Positions 13,475-27,377 of a stretch of 64,000 nt of DNA are shown one piece after another. How positions within the stretch are numbered: position 1 is the first letter of the stretch; each line of letters opens with the position of its first letter. Location: the NCBI RefSeq assembly GCF_009914755.1, contig NC_060942.1; one strand, written 5' to 3'. This stretch comes from the human T2T-CHM13v2.0 reference genome, Homo sapiens. A program made the translations under genes and the position numbers. Under the pieces are notes generated by a model, which saw only the letters and a program-made list of their open reading frames with translations, had not been told where the DNA came from and searched no databases.

Positions 13475-14527
13475 TCAAGCTGGAGAAATATAAGCACTAA
13501 AGTTTCTAATGATATTCATGTCCAAGTTGAGTCATACACAGCATATATTGTTGACATCTTTTATAAGAGCCAGGTCTTATGGTTTTTTTAGGTTTCTGGT
13601 CTGTATCCTCTTTAGTGACCATTGCCCAGTATTGAATAGCTACAGAAAATTCACAGCTTAGCTCTGACCAGCTTTTAGGGGACATGCCTTCCCCATAGAA
13701 AAGACACCATTTCTGAATAATCACATTTGCAAACCTGGATTTACCTCGATCTAATCGTGATTTTGTCCTTCTTCCTCCAGCCCTGAGGCTTGAAGTGTAG
13801 TCTGCCGTGTCCCCAAATCCACCCAAGATTGATGCTTCTAATCCAGGGTGCAAACACCTTCTACAGTTGCCCTAGCAAAGCCCCAAGAGTTAGGACTATA
13901 CCCTTAGAGCTTCCTGAGTGCTTTCAGGAAAATTCACAAGGAATGCCAATCTGCAGAAACAATTAATTTTGTCAAAATCTTCCAATATGAGTCCATCCAT
14001 TTTCTCTAACCCAGAGGACAGAACAGTCTCTCCATTCTGAATAAAAGAGGCCTGATTTAGATGTTCCTCCAGGTCAAGAGAAGCTGGACTTACTTTCTTC
14101 CAAAAAAGGTGGAAGAGGAAGAGAACTAACAACGGTGTTTAATCTTCTGTGTCCTTGGTATGTCATCATATGACATACAGGTATCCACAGCTCAAGGAGT
14201 TTTCACTTCTGTTCTCTACACCTCTAGAAAGTTATAGCAAAGCAAGGAAAAGCAGGACAGGGGCACTGAAATGAACAGAGATAGAGGAATTTTGTAGGAG
14301 AGTTTTCAGAGGTAAAGACTTGAGAGGCTTATACTTGAAGTTTGCAAATCCATGAAAATTATGATTAATTTTGAAAATCAAGGACTGTTTGTTTGTTTTA
14401 CCAAATTTCAGGCTATCAGATGCAGAGAGTAATCTCTGAGAGTACAAAGAATGTAGTTTGGGGCAAATAAGAGTGAGTCCTCTTGCATTAAAATGAGTCC
14501 ATTGATTACTATTTTTTAAAAATTCTA

Positions 14528-14845
14528 GGCCGGGCGTGGTGGCCCACCCCTGTAATCCCAGCACTTTGGGAGGCCGAGGTGGGCGGATCACGAGGTCAGG
14601 AGATCGAGACCATCCTGGCTAACACGGTGAAACCCTGTCTCCACTAAAAATACAAAAAATTAGCCGGGCGTGGTGGCGGGCACCTGTAGTCCCAGCTACT
14701 TGGGAAGCTGAGGCAGGAGAATGGTGTGAACCCGGGAGGCGGAGCTTGCAGTAGCCAAGATCGCACCACTGCACCCCAGCCTGGGTGGCAGAGCAAGACT
14801 CTGTCTCAAAATAAATAAATAAATGAATAATAAATAAATAAAAAT
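14528..14845 (+). mobile_element. AluY
   Basis: Y diagnostics gagatcgagaccatcctggctaacacgg, gaatggtgtgaac, ggagcttgcag; TSD ending aaattcta. Confidence 0.95.
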
Positions 14846-15821
14846 AAATTCTAGTATGTGGTAGGAATTCAAACTAATAAAGAAGCTCCAGAAAGGTTAA
14901 ACTGCAATTAAAAATAACAGGTCCTTAGCTGGCCATTAAAAGATGTAAGAGATCGTGGGCGTTGGGGCAGCCCAGGGAAGTGCCATGGGTGCAGGGCTTT
15001 GGGCCAGGACAGAAACTGCTCCCCTTTGGGGTCAGTTGAAGCAGGGATCTGGTCATCAACTCTCAGTCCTTATGTATGAGGCTTCCCGGGCAAGTCCTGC
15101 CCTGGTTTACCCCATTCTCCTGGAGGCTGCTGGAAGCATGAATCTTGTTTCCAGAGCACCAGGGTGGAGGTTTGGAACAACTGGGTACTTGCTATTGGAA
15201 TTCCTGAAAAATGGCAGCAAATACCCATAAATAAATGTTAGGAATTAAATACAGAATGCTTGGCATTTCACATATTTTTAAAACATTGTTTACCAATTTC
15301 TTTCCTCCTTGCCAGTTGTTAGAGTTGCCAAACAGCTTTTTAAGGTTTGGCCTACGCCCCACCTCTCAAATTATGACCCTGGCTCGAGGAAAACATTATC
15401 TGGATCCAAACTAGCCAACGGTATATGTTTGCTTAAATAACCAGATTTTATTCCACACCTGTGTCAAGCATGCAAGGAAAGGGTGGCCTTAGGCTATAGG
15501 ACACAGATTTGGCTTTGACAGCTGAGAGGTCAAAACAGGGAGAGCAAACCCAGAGCTCCACTGACCGGCTTTCCCTGATCCCCTCTTCATAGCAGGCTTT
15601 GCCAATTGATCTGAGCCCTTCTTCTCATGGGGCAGAAACAAAGTCTCACAATCTTCAGTGCAACTATCTAAGAATGGCACGTTTAGAGTAGGCACCAAAA
15701 TGAAACTCTGATTATAGCTTAATGTGGGTCCCTAGTGGGAAGGCCAAAGCCTTATGCCAATTGCTAAATTCTTTGACGGTGCAGGATAGCTCTTTCCAAT
15801 GAGACAACTGGTTGCCCTTAA

Positions 15822-16288
<467 letters not shown>

Positions 16289-17031
16289 TATAAACCACAT
16301 TTTACAGATGGAAACATTGAAGCTCAGAATGAATTGCCTTAGATCATACAGCCAGTAAGTGACAGAGCCAGAATGAACAATACTAGGGTCATTGCACCCC
16401 CAAAAGCCTTGCTTTCTCCACATATCACACAGCCGCTAAGTGTGAAGATTTGATACGGAGCCAGGGGAAGAGAGCCTGGGAGGCAGCAGGAATTAAGTTC
16501 CTTCTTCTCAGAGAGAAGAGGCCCATAGGAAGCCTGTAAAGATAAATTGCCCAGATTCCACAGTCCTGCCTAGGGCTGGACTTGGGTGAAAACAAGAGAG
16601 CATCAAAGTAGAAGCTGACCTTTCCACAAGAATCAAGGTACTTGTGTCCATTGGGATTCAGCAAATTGCCTTTTGTCAGCCAAGAAGAGAAGCAGGTGGC
16701 AAATATCTGCCATGTGATAAAGGTAACCGTAGGAATGTAGGTACCGATGTTGGTGCTTGTTTTAATACCAAATTATATCTTCTTCTTCTCTTGATAGACA
16801 TGAGTGTCACCTTTAACTGGCAAATCCCCCCAGAATGCTGGGCCCGCTCTAGCAGTGGGCCTAGTGTATTTGACACCTGCAGTAGATCGTCTTTAACAAT
16901 GCCTCTACCATATGACAAAATTAGTTTTAATGATAATCACAAAATTAAACAAATAATGATAATGGCAGGGAAAGAAATGCAGACAATGAAATTTCTTTTC
17001 TTTTCTTTTTTTAATTAAAGACAATTTTTTT

Positions 17032-17325
17032 GGCCAGGCACGGTGGTTCACGCTTGTAATCCCAGCACTTTGGGAGGCCGAGGCACATGGATCATTTGAG
17101 GTCAGGAGTTTGAGAACAGCCTGGCCAACATGGCGAAACCCCATCTCTACTAAAAATACAAAAAAAAAAAAAAAAATTAGCCGGGTATGGTGGCATGTGC
17201 CTGTAGTCCCAGCTACTCAGGAGTCAGGAGAATCGCTTAAGCCTGGGAAGCGGAGGTTGCAGTGAGCCAGGTCGTGCCACTGCACTCCAGCCTGGGCAAC
17301 AGAGCAAGACCCTGTCTCAAAAAAA
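17032..17325 (+). mobile_element. AluS
   Basis: Full dimer with an extended middle A-tract. Confidence 0.95.
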
Positions 17326-17329
17326 CTTT

Positions 17330-17484
17330 TTGCCACCATGCCTGCCTCTGTTTTTTTTCCTTTTTTGGTGGAGATGGGGTCTCACTACGTTGCTCAGGCT
17401 GGTATCAAAATCCTGGGCTCAAGCAATCCTCCTGCCTTGGCGTTCCAGTGCTGAGATTACAGGTGTGAGCCACTACGCCCAGCC
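17330..17484 (-). mobile_element. AluJ left-arm part (its poly-T/3' end is at ~16990-17023)
   Basis: gagatggggtctcactacgttgctcaggctgg...gagccactacgcccagcc. Confidence 0.85.
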
Positions 17485-19175
17485 CCAGTTTTTCTTTTAT
17501 TAAACTTCACATATATAATCATGGCAGATAAATAAATACTACATTGCCAAAAAAGGAAAAAAAGTAAATACTTTTAAATTCTGGTCTTTTTCTGAGAAAA
17601 GGGGAAGAACTTTTACCTACATATTGCTAATGCATGGGACATTATAGTTTTTGGTTCTGAGACTTCTGCAAATTTGTCAGTGATTTAATCAAAGTTGATT
17701 TTCCTTGCAGAGCCACATTTAATATGCAATGTAGCCAGGTTTATTATTCTAGCTTCACTCACTGTTGGCAGAGGGATACTTTTGACTCATCTTAATTTCT
17801 GAAGTTTTGTTTCCCCCGTAGCCAAAAGCATACAAGAAGTTCAGAAAAGCCATAAACATAAGGATAAATTTGCAGATTCCATTGCACAACAAATTCCGGA
17901 AATGGCAATACACTTCAAGTCTTTGTTTCTTCAGGATGGATTATTGTAGCAGCTTTCAAATGTCTCCACAGTTGAACATTTTTCACTAAGAAAACCATCA
18001 CCGGGAAATGTATTATATGTTTCTATTATACTTGGTTTTCAAGTTTTCTGCAAAAATCAGGGAAAGCAGCTGAATGACAGCAAGCAGGGACTTACTTAAA
18101 CCATTGTGTTCTGTCCAGCTCCTGGTAAAATTGACTGAGGTGTCCAAACACTGCCTCTGAAACTTCTTCTGGCAATTTAAGACTGGCACCTTGGATCATT
18201 TCATCCAACACTTCTTCTTTGACTGTTGATTCTCTTTTCTATGTAACTGTCCATTTTCTCCCTGACAATCACCTTTTCTTCTGGTGGAGGTAACAGCCCC
18301 CTCTCCACATTTCTCCGTGCTGATCTGCAAGGAACGATTTTAAAAAGCTTGGTGTACCTGTTCAAGGTGCATTCTGACAGTCTGAATATATTTTTGCCTG
18401 GTTGCAGAGGTTGCAGAGAATGACAGAATTGAAGTCATTCAAGTTCCTTGTCTCTGCCTACAATCACTCCCATTGTCTACTTCTCATCCACTGTTTGGAA
18501 CAGACACGTGTAGCGGAGTGCTTGTGAATTGACAGCCAAATTAACTTCCATGTGGAATACAATGTTTACTAAAGGATAAACAGTAAAAATGTGCTAATTT
18601 AAGCGGAAGCTATACTATTAAACTCAACAGTAACCACAGCTGTTTAGAACTTAGACCAACAAAAGATGATTGGAGGAGGAGTACTGTGTCCCTAACATTA
18701 TATAGAATTGCCAACACGTAGAGCCGTGCTTAGATCGTTTTATTAGTGTTGTTAAATTCTCTGCAGACAATGTCCCCCGTCATTGCCTGCACCAGGGCAG
18801 ACTGTCCACTGCCCTCCCTTGCTATACCATAGATCTTAATCTACTGCAGCCTTTAACCAGAAAATTCAGTGGCCTCCCGTGCACAGCTTAGATCTCCGGA
18901 ACATCCAACCCTTCTGACTATCATAAGAATTCTTACTGATTTCATTATTGACTGGATTAAATAGATTTAAAAGACAGAAATCTCACAGGTTTTTTCCTCC
19001 TGCTCAAGTGACAACCCCTTTCGCTATGAAGGAACCCACCAATAACACATCCCTGTCATCTCTCAAGCCCAGCTCTTGCTGGGGAAGAAGAGGGTTCTTT
19101 CTGGGGTCTCCCTCTGGCTCCCTGTGTACTCTTTTATCCCTGGCATCTGGGAAGCGGAGTCCTTGTTCCCTTTCA

Positions 19176-19541
<366 letters not shown>

Positions 19542-21211
19542 TTAACTGAGTGATTTCTCAGGCCCCTTCAGGGCTTGGCTAGGAGGTCAGATGGCCTTGG
19601 CTGGGCCATCCTGGGCTGCTGCAGATGGTGTCAAGGAAGTGAAAGTTCAGATCCTGAAACCGCTGCTCCCTCCCTCAGGCGTGGCCGCAGGCAGTTCCTT
19701 GTCCCCATCCCGGGGACATTGCTGACTTTTTAGCTGGTTTCCTTGTTTGGCATCCTCAGAACCATTAGGCCCTGGAGATTTCCAGATGTCTTTTTTAACA
19801 ATCAGAGCCGGATTTCCTGGGCAATGCCCGCCTCATGCAAACATTCTTATTTTTTATGGCACTGCCCTCAGAGTGTGCAGGAATGAGTTCTAAAGGACAA
19901 CTCTGGCTCGGCCCAAGGCCATGCTTCCATTCCATACACCCCCTCACACAATCTCACTCCAACCTGTGACGCAGGATGGGGTAGAATCATTATTCCCATT
20001 TTAGAGATGGGGAAGCTGAGATGCCAAAGCTTGGAATGAACCACCCAAGGTGATACAGCAGCCCTTTGGGGCAGAACTGGAACTAGAACACCCTCATCCC
20101 CATTTCTCCTTACTCACCCACCCCAGCTCCAGCTAGCTTAGCTCAGGCTTGGCCCAGGCCCAGTAATCCCGGTTACACAACTGATATCGGGCACGTACTC
20201 AGCTAGAGAGTATAAATAGACCCAGTGCCTTGCCACTGAGAATTTATGATTCAAAAATCACAAGGTTTTACATTGAGTAACCAGATGTCTTTAGAAATAT
20301 GGCAAAGGAGTAATAGCATAGAAACAGCTCATTTCTATGACTTTGTTTATTTGTGTGTTTTAAATTTGTCACCTATGTCTGGCAACAACACATTTAGGAA
20401 GCTGTCCTAAAAAAAGCTATTCACCAGGGATGACACATTTGTGGCACATGCCCTGAGGAGTCCCTGGGGATGTCTGTGGCACGTTGCGACTCTATCACAG
20501 CTCTGCCCACTTGGCCCAGATGAGCCTCAGAATCTTCCCTAATCCAGCACTCTGCCCAGACACGTATCTGACAGGGGATTTCAGCTAGTGAGCCAAATTC
20601 GATTTGCTGTCCCTGCCACACATTTCAGGCTGCTTATTCCAGGAAATGTGAAATTCCGGTTGTTTGCCCTTTCAGGGAGCTGCAGCCTGGTAACCTTACT
20701 CTTCTCTCCATTCACACCACCCCCCCACCCCCCAAACAAGCACTAGGGGCAACGAGCTGCTGGGAAGTGCTAAGCACAGCTTAAAACAGAAGTTACACAC
20801 CTGAGGTCTGTAAAACCTCGGCAGAAGTGGCCGCAGTTGACTGTGGAAATTATTTCATTGGTAAAGCACTCCTTCCTGAATCCTTCCCAGGATTCCTGGG
20901 CAGATGTTCTTTGTAAAGCCCCCTCCCCCAGCCAGAGATCCTCATGTGCCTCATCGCCTTGAGAATCGCAGCTGTCTTGAAGATCTTTCCTATTTCTGGG
21001 AGGACTGAGTCTTGAAGGTGGAGTCAAGTCGTTTGGAAATGATTTATGTGGACATTTCGGCCGGGGTGAGTGGTGAGGAAGGAACCCTGAGCGCCAGCCA
21101 CACCCTTTACCCTTCCTAGGACGTCCAAGTCGCATACCCATTAAGTTAGTCCGTCTTAAAGGTCAACATGGGGTAAGTCCGGGATTAGGACCTGAAAGGA
21201 GCCATGAGCCC

Positions 21212-21635
21212 TGTGCTGGGGCTAAGTTGCATTCCCCCAAAATTCCACGTCCACCCAGAACCTCAGAATACAGCCTCATTTGGAAACAGGATCTTTGCAG
21301 ATGTAATTAAGGGGGGAGATGAGATCACACTGGATTAGGGTGAGCCCTCAATCCAATGAGAGTGTCCTCATAAGAGAGGGAAAGGGACGCACAGAGACAC
21401 GGAGAAGGCCACGTGGCGACGGAGGCAGAGACCGGAGGGATGCCGCTCCAAGCCCAGGCGTGCCGAGGAAGAGGCAGGGGACGATTTTACCCTGGGACCT
21501 TCGGAAAGAGCATAGCTCTGCCAACACTTTGATGTTTGGACATCTGACCTCCAGGACTCTGACACATACATTTCTGTTATTTCAAGCCACCCAGTTTGTG
21601 GTCATCGGTTCCAGCAGCCTTCTCAAACTAATACA
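21212..21635 (+). mobile_element. MLT1B-like solo LTR
   Basis: cccccaaaattccacgtccacccagaacctcagaat...tttcaagccacccagtttgtgg...aaactaataca. Confidence 0.85.
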
Positions 21636-22192
21636 CTTTCCAAATAATATACCTGCTCCCAAGTCTTCACTCAGGTTCTGCTCTTGGGAGAGAGGAAACC
21701 CAAACTAAGACAGTAGGTATAAATACCCTCATATTACAGGTGAGGAAACTGAGGCACGGCTTCACTCACAAAGCAGCTGTGGGACCCAAGCACCCAGCAG
21801 CTATGTTGGGGCTCAGATGAGGCTGAGTCCATTCTCTACGCTGTCTGCTGTGGCGCATCAGTGATTCTGAATGTAAACTGAAGGCCTACGGCAGCTTTGT
21901 CAGCTCAGCAGCCAAGCAAATGACCCGAGAAAAATGGGGGCAATCACAGGCTACTTGGTGCTGGAAATGGGGTCATTAAAACATAAAATTATCAGACCCT
22001 TTTGTAAGCAATGGTTGCCGTGAGAAGGCCCATGAGGCAGTAGGGGGTGGGGAACTAATCTCTTTCTTTACACCTTGGGGAAGCAGACCTTCAACAGGCT
22101 CAGTCGCCAGGTCCTTTGTCGCATACATGGTCATTGGTTGGGAAGATTCAGTTAATCAGGGCACTTTGCCTGAGAAAATCGCTTTAACAATT

Positions 22193-23234
<1,042 letters not shown>

Positions 23235-23425
23235 CTAGGAAAAAAATACGAAGGTACTTTTTCCCATTGTTTGATATATTTTTCAACATAATATTTCTTA
23301 CTATTTTTTGAGAGCTTCTGAATACAACCCATATTTCATCTTCAGGGATAAAAATCCTCAAATCTTCTTGCCTTTTCCTTAATTTATAATTATTACTGAA
23401 AATAATAGAAAAGCATTAGCAACCT

Positions 23426-23703
23426 GGCTGGGCTCAGTGGCTCACGCCTGTAATCCCAGCACTTTGGGATGCCGAGGCAGGCGGATCATGAGGTCAAGAG
23501 ATCGAGACCATTCTGGCCAACATGGTGAAACACGGTCTCTACTAAAAATACAAAAATTAGCTGGGCATGGTGGTGCACGCCTGTAGTCCCAGCTACTCGG
23601 GAAACTGAGGCAGGAGAATTGCTTGAACGTGGGAGGCAGAGGTTGAGAGAGCCAAGATTGTGCCACTGCACTCCAGCCTGGAGACAGAGCAAGACTCTGT
23701 CTC

Positions 23704-23737
<34 letters not shown>
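23426..23737 (+). mobile_element. AluSc-like
   Basis: ggtcaagagatcgagacc diagnostic; TSD aaaa..ttagcaacc. Confidence 0.95.
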
Positions 23738-23738
<1 letters not shown>

Positions 23739-23775
23739 CCCTTAGCAACCATGTTGTATGTTTACACAGACTTTA

Positions 23776-24180
<405 letters not shown>

Positions 24181-24795
24181 TTAATCTCCATGGCATTGTT
24201 TACTCCCCTTTGGTGGCCAAGGGAGAAGCCATTTTCAGAGGACTGATAGATTCCAGGCACAGCAATCACCTGGTCCCTGGGCTTCCCAGCTGGCAGGGCT
24301 GGCATTTGGGAAGACGAGGAATGGTGTAATCCACAGGAGCAGGCTGAGAAGGTGGCCGGGCAGAGCATCTGATCCCAGCGTCTGACACCAGTGGCCCATT
24401 CCCTCCACCTTCGCCGGGGCAAAGCCCACTTGTGCCTCGTGCATTTGCCTCTTGGTTCCTAGTCCTCTCTAAGAATCACTCTGAGGCACTGCTGAGCTGA
24501 GGAATCTCTGCACCAGATGTCATGGGATCCATTCAACCTGCAGAGGATAAAATGCAGATAGAGGAAGGTGGTCTCTGAGTTGGAAGAGAAGACACTGAGG
24601 CCTCTAGGTGCAGGTTTTAAGGAAAGGCGGTATATTAATATTTCATGCCATGCCACACAAAGGGTCTGCTGACCCAGGTGGATTGAAGTCTTGTGACTGC
24701 CTGGTAGGCTCTACTACCTATCTCATAAACAGAAGGTGCTAAACAGAGGCACAGAACCTGGCTGAATTGTTGCTACCAGCTAAAATGGGTTCTAG

Positions 24796-26604
24796 ACCGC
24801 GGAGACCGCATCTGCCCGGCGAGCACAGAGCCTTGTCCCTTGCCACTCCGCCGCCCATCCACACCTGCTGCCAGCTCACCATGGATGATGATACTGTCGC
24901 CCTCGTCATCGACAATGGCTCTGGCATGTGCAGGGCTGGCTTCGCAGGCGACAGTGCTCTCCAGGCCGTCTTCCTCTCCATCATGGGGCACCCCAGGCAC
25001 CAGGGTGTGATGGTGGGCATGGGTCAGAAGGACTCCTACGTGGGCGACAAGGGCCCAGAGCAAGAGAGGCATTCTGACCCTGAAGTACCGCATCGAGCAT
25101 GGCATCGTCACCAACTGGGAGGATATGGAGGAGATTTGGCTCCACACCTTCTACAGTGAGCTGCATGTGGCTCCTGAGGAGCACCCCCTGCTGCTGACCG
25201 AGGCCTCTCTGAACCCCAAGGCCAACCACGAGAAGGTAAACCAGATCATGTTTGAGACCTTCAACACCCCAGCCATGTATGTGGCCATCCAGGCCTTGCT
25301 GTCCCTGTAAGCCTCTGGCCATACCACTGGCATCGTGATGGACTCTGGTGATGGGCTCACCCACACTGTGCCCATCTACGGGGGGGTATGCCCTCCCCCA
25401 CACCATCCTGCATCTGGACCTGGCTGGCCCAGACCTGACTGACCACCTCATGAAGATCCTCACCGAGCGCGGCTACAGCTTCACCACCACGGCCAAGCGG
25501 GAAATCGTGCATGACATCGAGGAGAAGCTGTGCTATGTTGCCCTGGACTTTGAGCAGGAGATGGCCATGGTGGCCTCCAACCCCCTGCTGGAGAAGAGCT
25601 AGGAGCTGCCAGGTGGCCAAGTCATCTGCAATGAGCAGTTCCGCTGCCCTGAGGCACTCTTTCAGCCTTCCTTCCTGGGCATGGAATCCTGTGGCATCCA
25701 TGAAACTACCTTCAACTCCATCATGAAGTGTGACATGGACATCTGCAAAGACCGGTACGTCAACAGAGTGCTGTCTGGCGGCACCACCGTGTACCCTGGC
25801 ATCGCCGACAGGATGCAGGAGATCACCGGCCTGGCTCCAAGCACGATGAAGATCAAGATCATTGCTCCTTCTGAGCGCAAATACTCCATGTGGATTGGCA
25901 GCTCCATCCTGGCCTCGCTGTCTACCTCCCAGCAGATATGGATCAGCAAGCAGGAGTATGACGAGTCCAGCCCCTCCATCGTCCACCACAAATGCTTCTA
26001 GGCGGACTGTTACTTAGTTGCGTTACACCCTCTCTTGACAAAACCTAACCTGAGCAGAAAACAAGATGAGATTGGCATGGCTTTATTTGCTTTTTTGTTT
26101 TTTATGGTTTTTTTTTTGGCTTGACTCAGGATTTAAAAACTGGAACGGTGAAGGTGACAGCAGTTGGATGGAGCAAGCATCCCCCGAAGTTCTACAATGT
26201 GGCCGAGACTTTGATTGTACATTGTTCTTTTTTTTTTAATAATCATTCCAAATATTGTGAGATGCATTGTTACAGGAAGTCCCTTGCCCTCCTAAAAGCC
26301 ACCCCGCTTCTCTTTAAGGAGAATGGCCCAGTCCCCTCCCGAGTCTACACAGGAGGTGATAGCATTGCTTCATGTAAATTATGTAATGCAAAACTTTTTT
26401 AATTTTCGCCTTAATACTTTTTAATTTTGCTTCATTTTGAATGATCAGCCTTCGTGGTGCCCCTTTTTTGTCCCCCAACTTGAGATGTATGAAGGCTTTT
26501 GGTCTCCCTAGGAGTGGGTAGAGGCAGCCAGGGTTTACCTGTACACTGACTTGAGACCAGCTGAATAAAAGTGCACACCTTAAAAATAAAATAATAAAAT
26601 AAAA
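24796..26604 (+). pseudogene. ACTBP: Full-length processed beta-actin (ACTB) pseudogene
   Basis: Intronless ACTB mRNA copy: 5'UTR accgcggagaccgc...ctcacc, ATG at 24881 ([17 protein letters not shown]), end ...VHHKCF-TAG at 25999-26001, ACTB 3'UTR, AATAAA at 26564-26569, A-rich tail, TSD taaaatgggttcta at 24781-24794 and 26605-26618. Disabled by frameshifts (~25050, ~25381, ~25626) and stops at 25308 and 25600. The specific ACTBP number cannot be determined. Confidence 0.98.
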
Positions 26605-27078
26605 TAAAATGGGTTCTAAGAAGTACCATTTTGTATTCTCATGACATGCACCACACTTATACTTTATTTTCATGATTCCAGAACCATATTTAGATCAACT
26701 AGAGTGATTTATGGAATATATTCAAAATAGAGGTTAACTCGTTCCCTGGGTGCTGTGTGGAAATTCAGTCACCCCAGAAGCATGGTCCATTCCTAAATCA
26801 GAAGAGACCCACGGAGCTGCCTGGGAAAGGGCCATATGCAGGGTAGGACACTGAGCAGGAGCCCAGGGGGAGGTGCCCATTATCCGGTCTGGGTCTAGGT
26901 CTGTTCTAGGTAATTAGACAGGCATGAGCGGGGCAGGAGAGGGCTCTCCCCCAACACACTAGGAATGTCAAGTGATGGCTCAGCAGTTACCACATTGCTG
27001 CTCTAAAAATGGTAATTGGGCAGCCAGGGAGAGACAATCTCTGGATGGTCCACACCTGTTAACATTAAAAGCGTTAAT

Positions 27079-27136
27079 TGCCGAAACCCAGGATCTAACC
27101 AGGGACCTTTAGATCTTCAGTCTAACGCTCTCCCAA
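27079..27136 (-). pseudogene. tRNA-Phe(GAA)-derived fragment (nt 16-73), retroposed
   Basis: rc TTGGGAGAGCGTTAGACTGAAGATCTAAAGGTCCCTGGTTAGATCCTGGGTTTCGGCA matches mammalian cytoplasmic tRNA-Phe with 2 mismatches; lacks the 5' 15 nt and CCA. Confidence 0.93.
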
Positions 27137-27377
27137 GGTGGGCAGGTCACAAGGTCAAGAGATCGAGACCATCCTGGCCAGCATGGTGAAAACCCGTCTC
27201 TGCTAAACATACAAAAATTAGCTGGGCATGGTGGCACGTGCCTGTAGTCCCAACTACTCAGGAGGCTGAGGCAGGAGAATCTCTTGAACCAAGAGTTGGA
27301 GGTTGCAGTGAGCCAAGATCGCGCCACCGCACTCCAGCCTGGTGACAGAGCGAGACTCCGTCTCAAAAAAAAAAAAA
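27133..27377 (+). mobile_element. 5'-truncated AluSc fused to the tRNA-Phe fragment
   Basis: ccaaggtgggcaggtcacaaggtcaagagatcgagacc...; TSD aaaag(c/t)gttaattg at 27067-27080 and 27374-27387 encloses both tRNA and Alu. Confidence 0.95.

Larger units (their letters stand above)
16853..18832 (-). mobile_element. Fossil hAT (Tip100/Zaphod-like) DNA transposon with degraded transposase
   Basis: Minus strand 17661-17880 translates, with stops and small frame problems, to ESANLSLCLWLF*TSCMLLATGE..KLR*VKSIPLPTVSEARIINLATLHIKCGSARKINFD*ITDKFAEV, matching the hAT C-terminal dimerisation domain; Tip100-like termini at 16853 (cagtgggcctagtgtatttgacacc) and ~18790-18832. Confidence 0.7.

Noticed and set aside
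13506-14350. Minus-strand ORFs with faint Gypsy-gag/SCAN-like words (EKMDGLILEDF; CMSYDDIPRTQ)
   Set aside because: The resemblance is too weak to support by eye; it would need a Dfam/HMMER search.
24767-26001. Actin-like ORFs as a functional actin gene, and antisense ORFs of 160-210 aa
   Set aside because: Multiple frameshifts and stops, no introns, poly(A) and TSDs identify a processed pseudogene; the antisense ORFs are shadows of GC3-rich codons.
27079-27136. Functional tRNA-Phe gene or retroviral primer-binding site
   Set aside because: It lacks the 5' 15 nt (acceptor strand and most of the A box), has a T-loop mutation, is 58 nt long and lies mid-LTR inside an Alu TSD, not directly after an LTR end.
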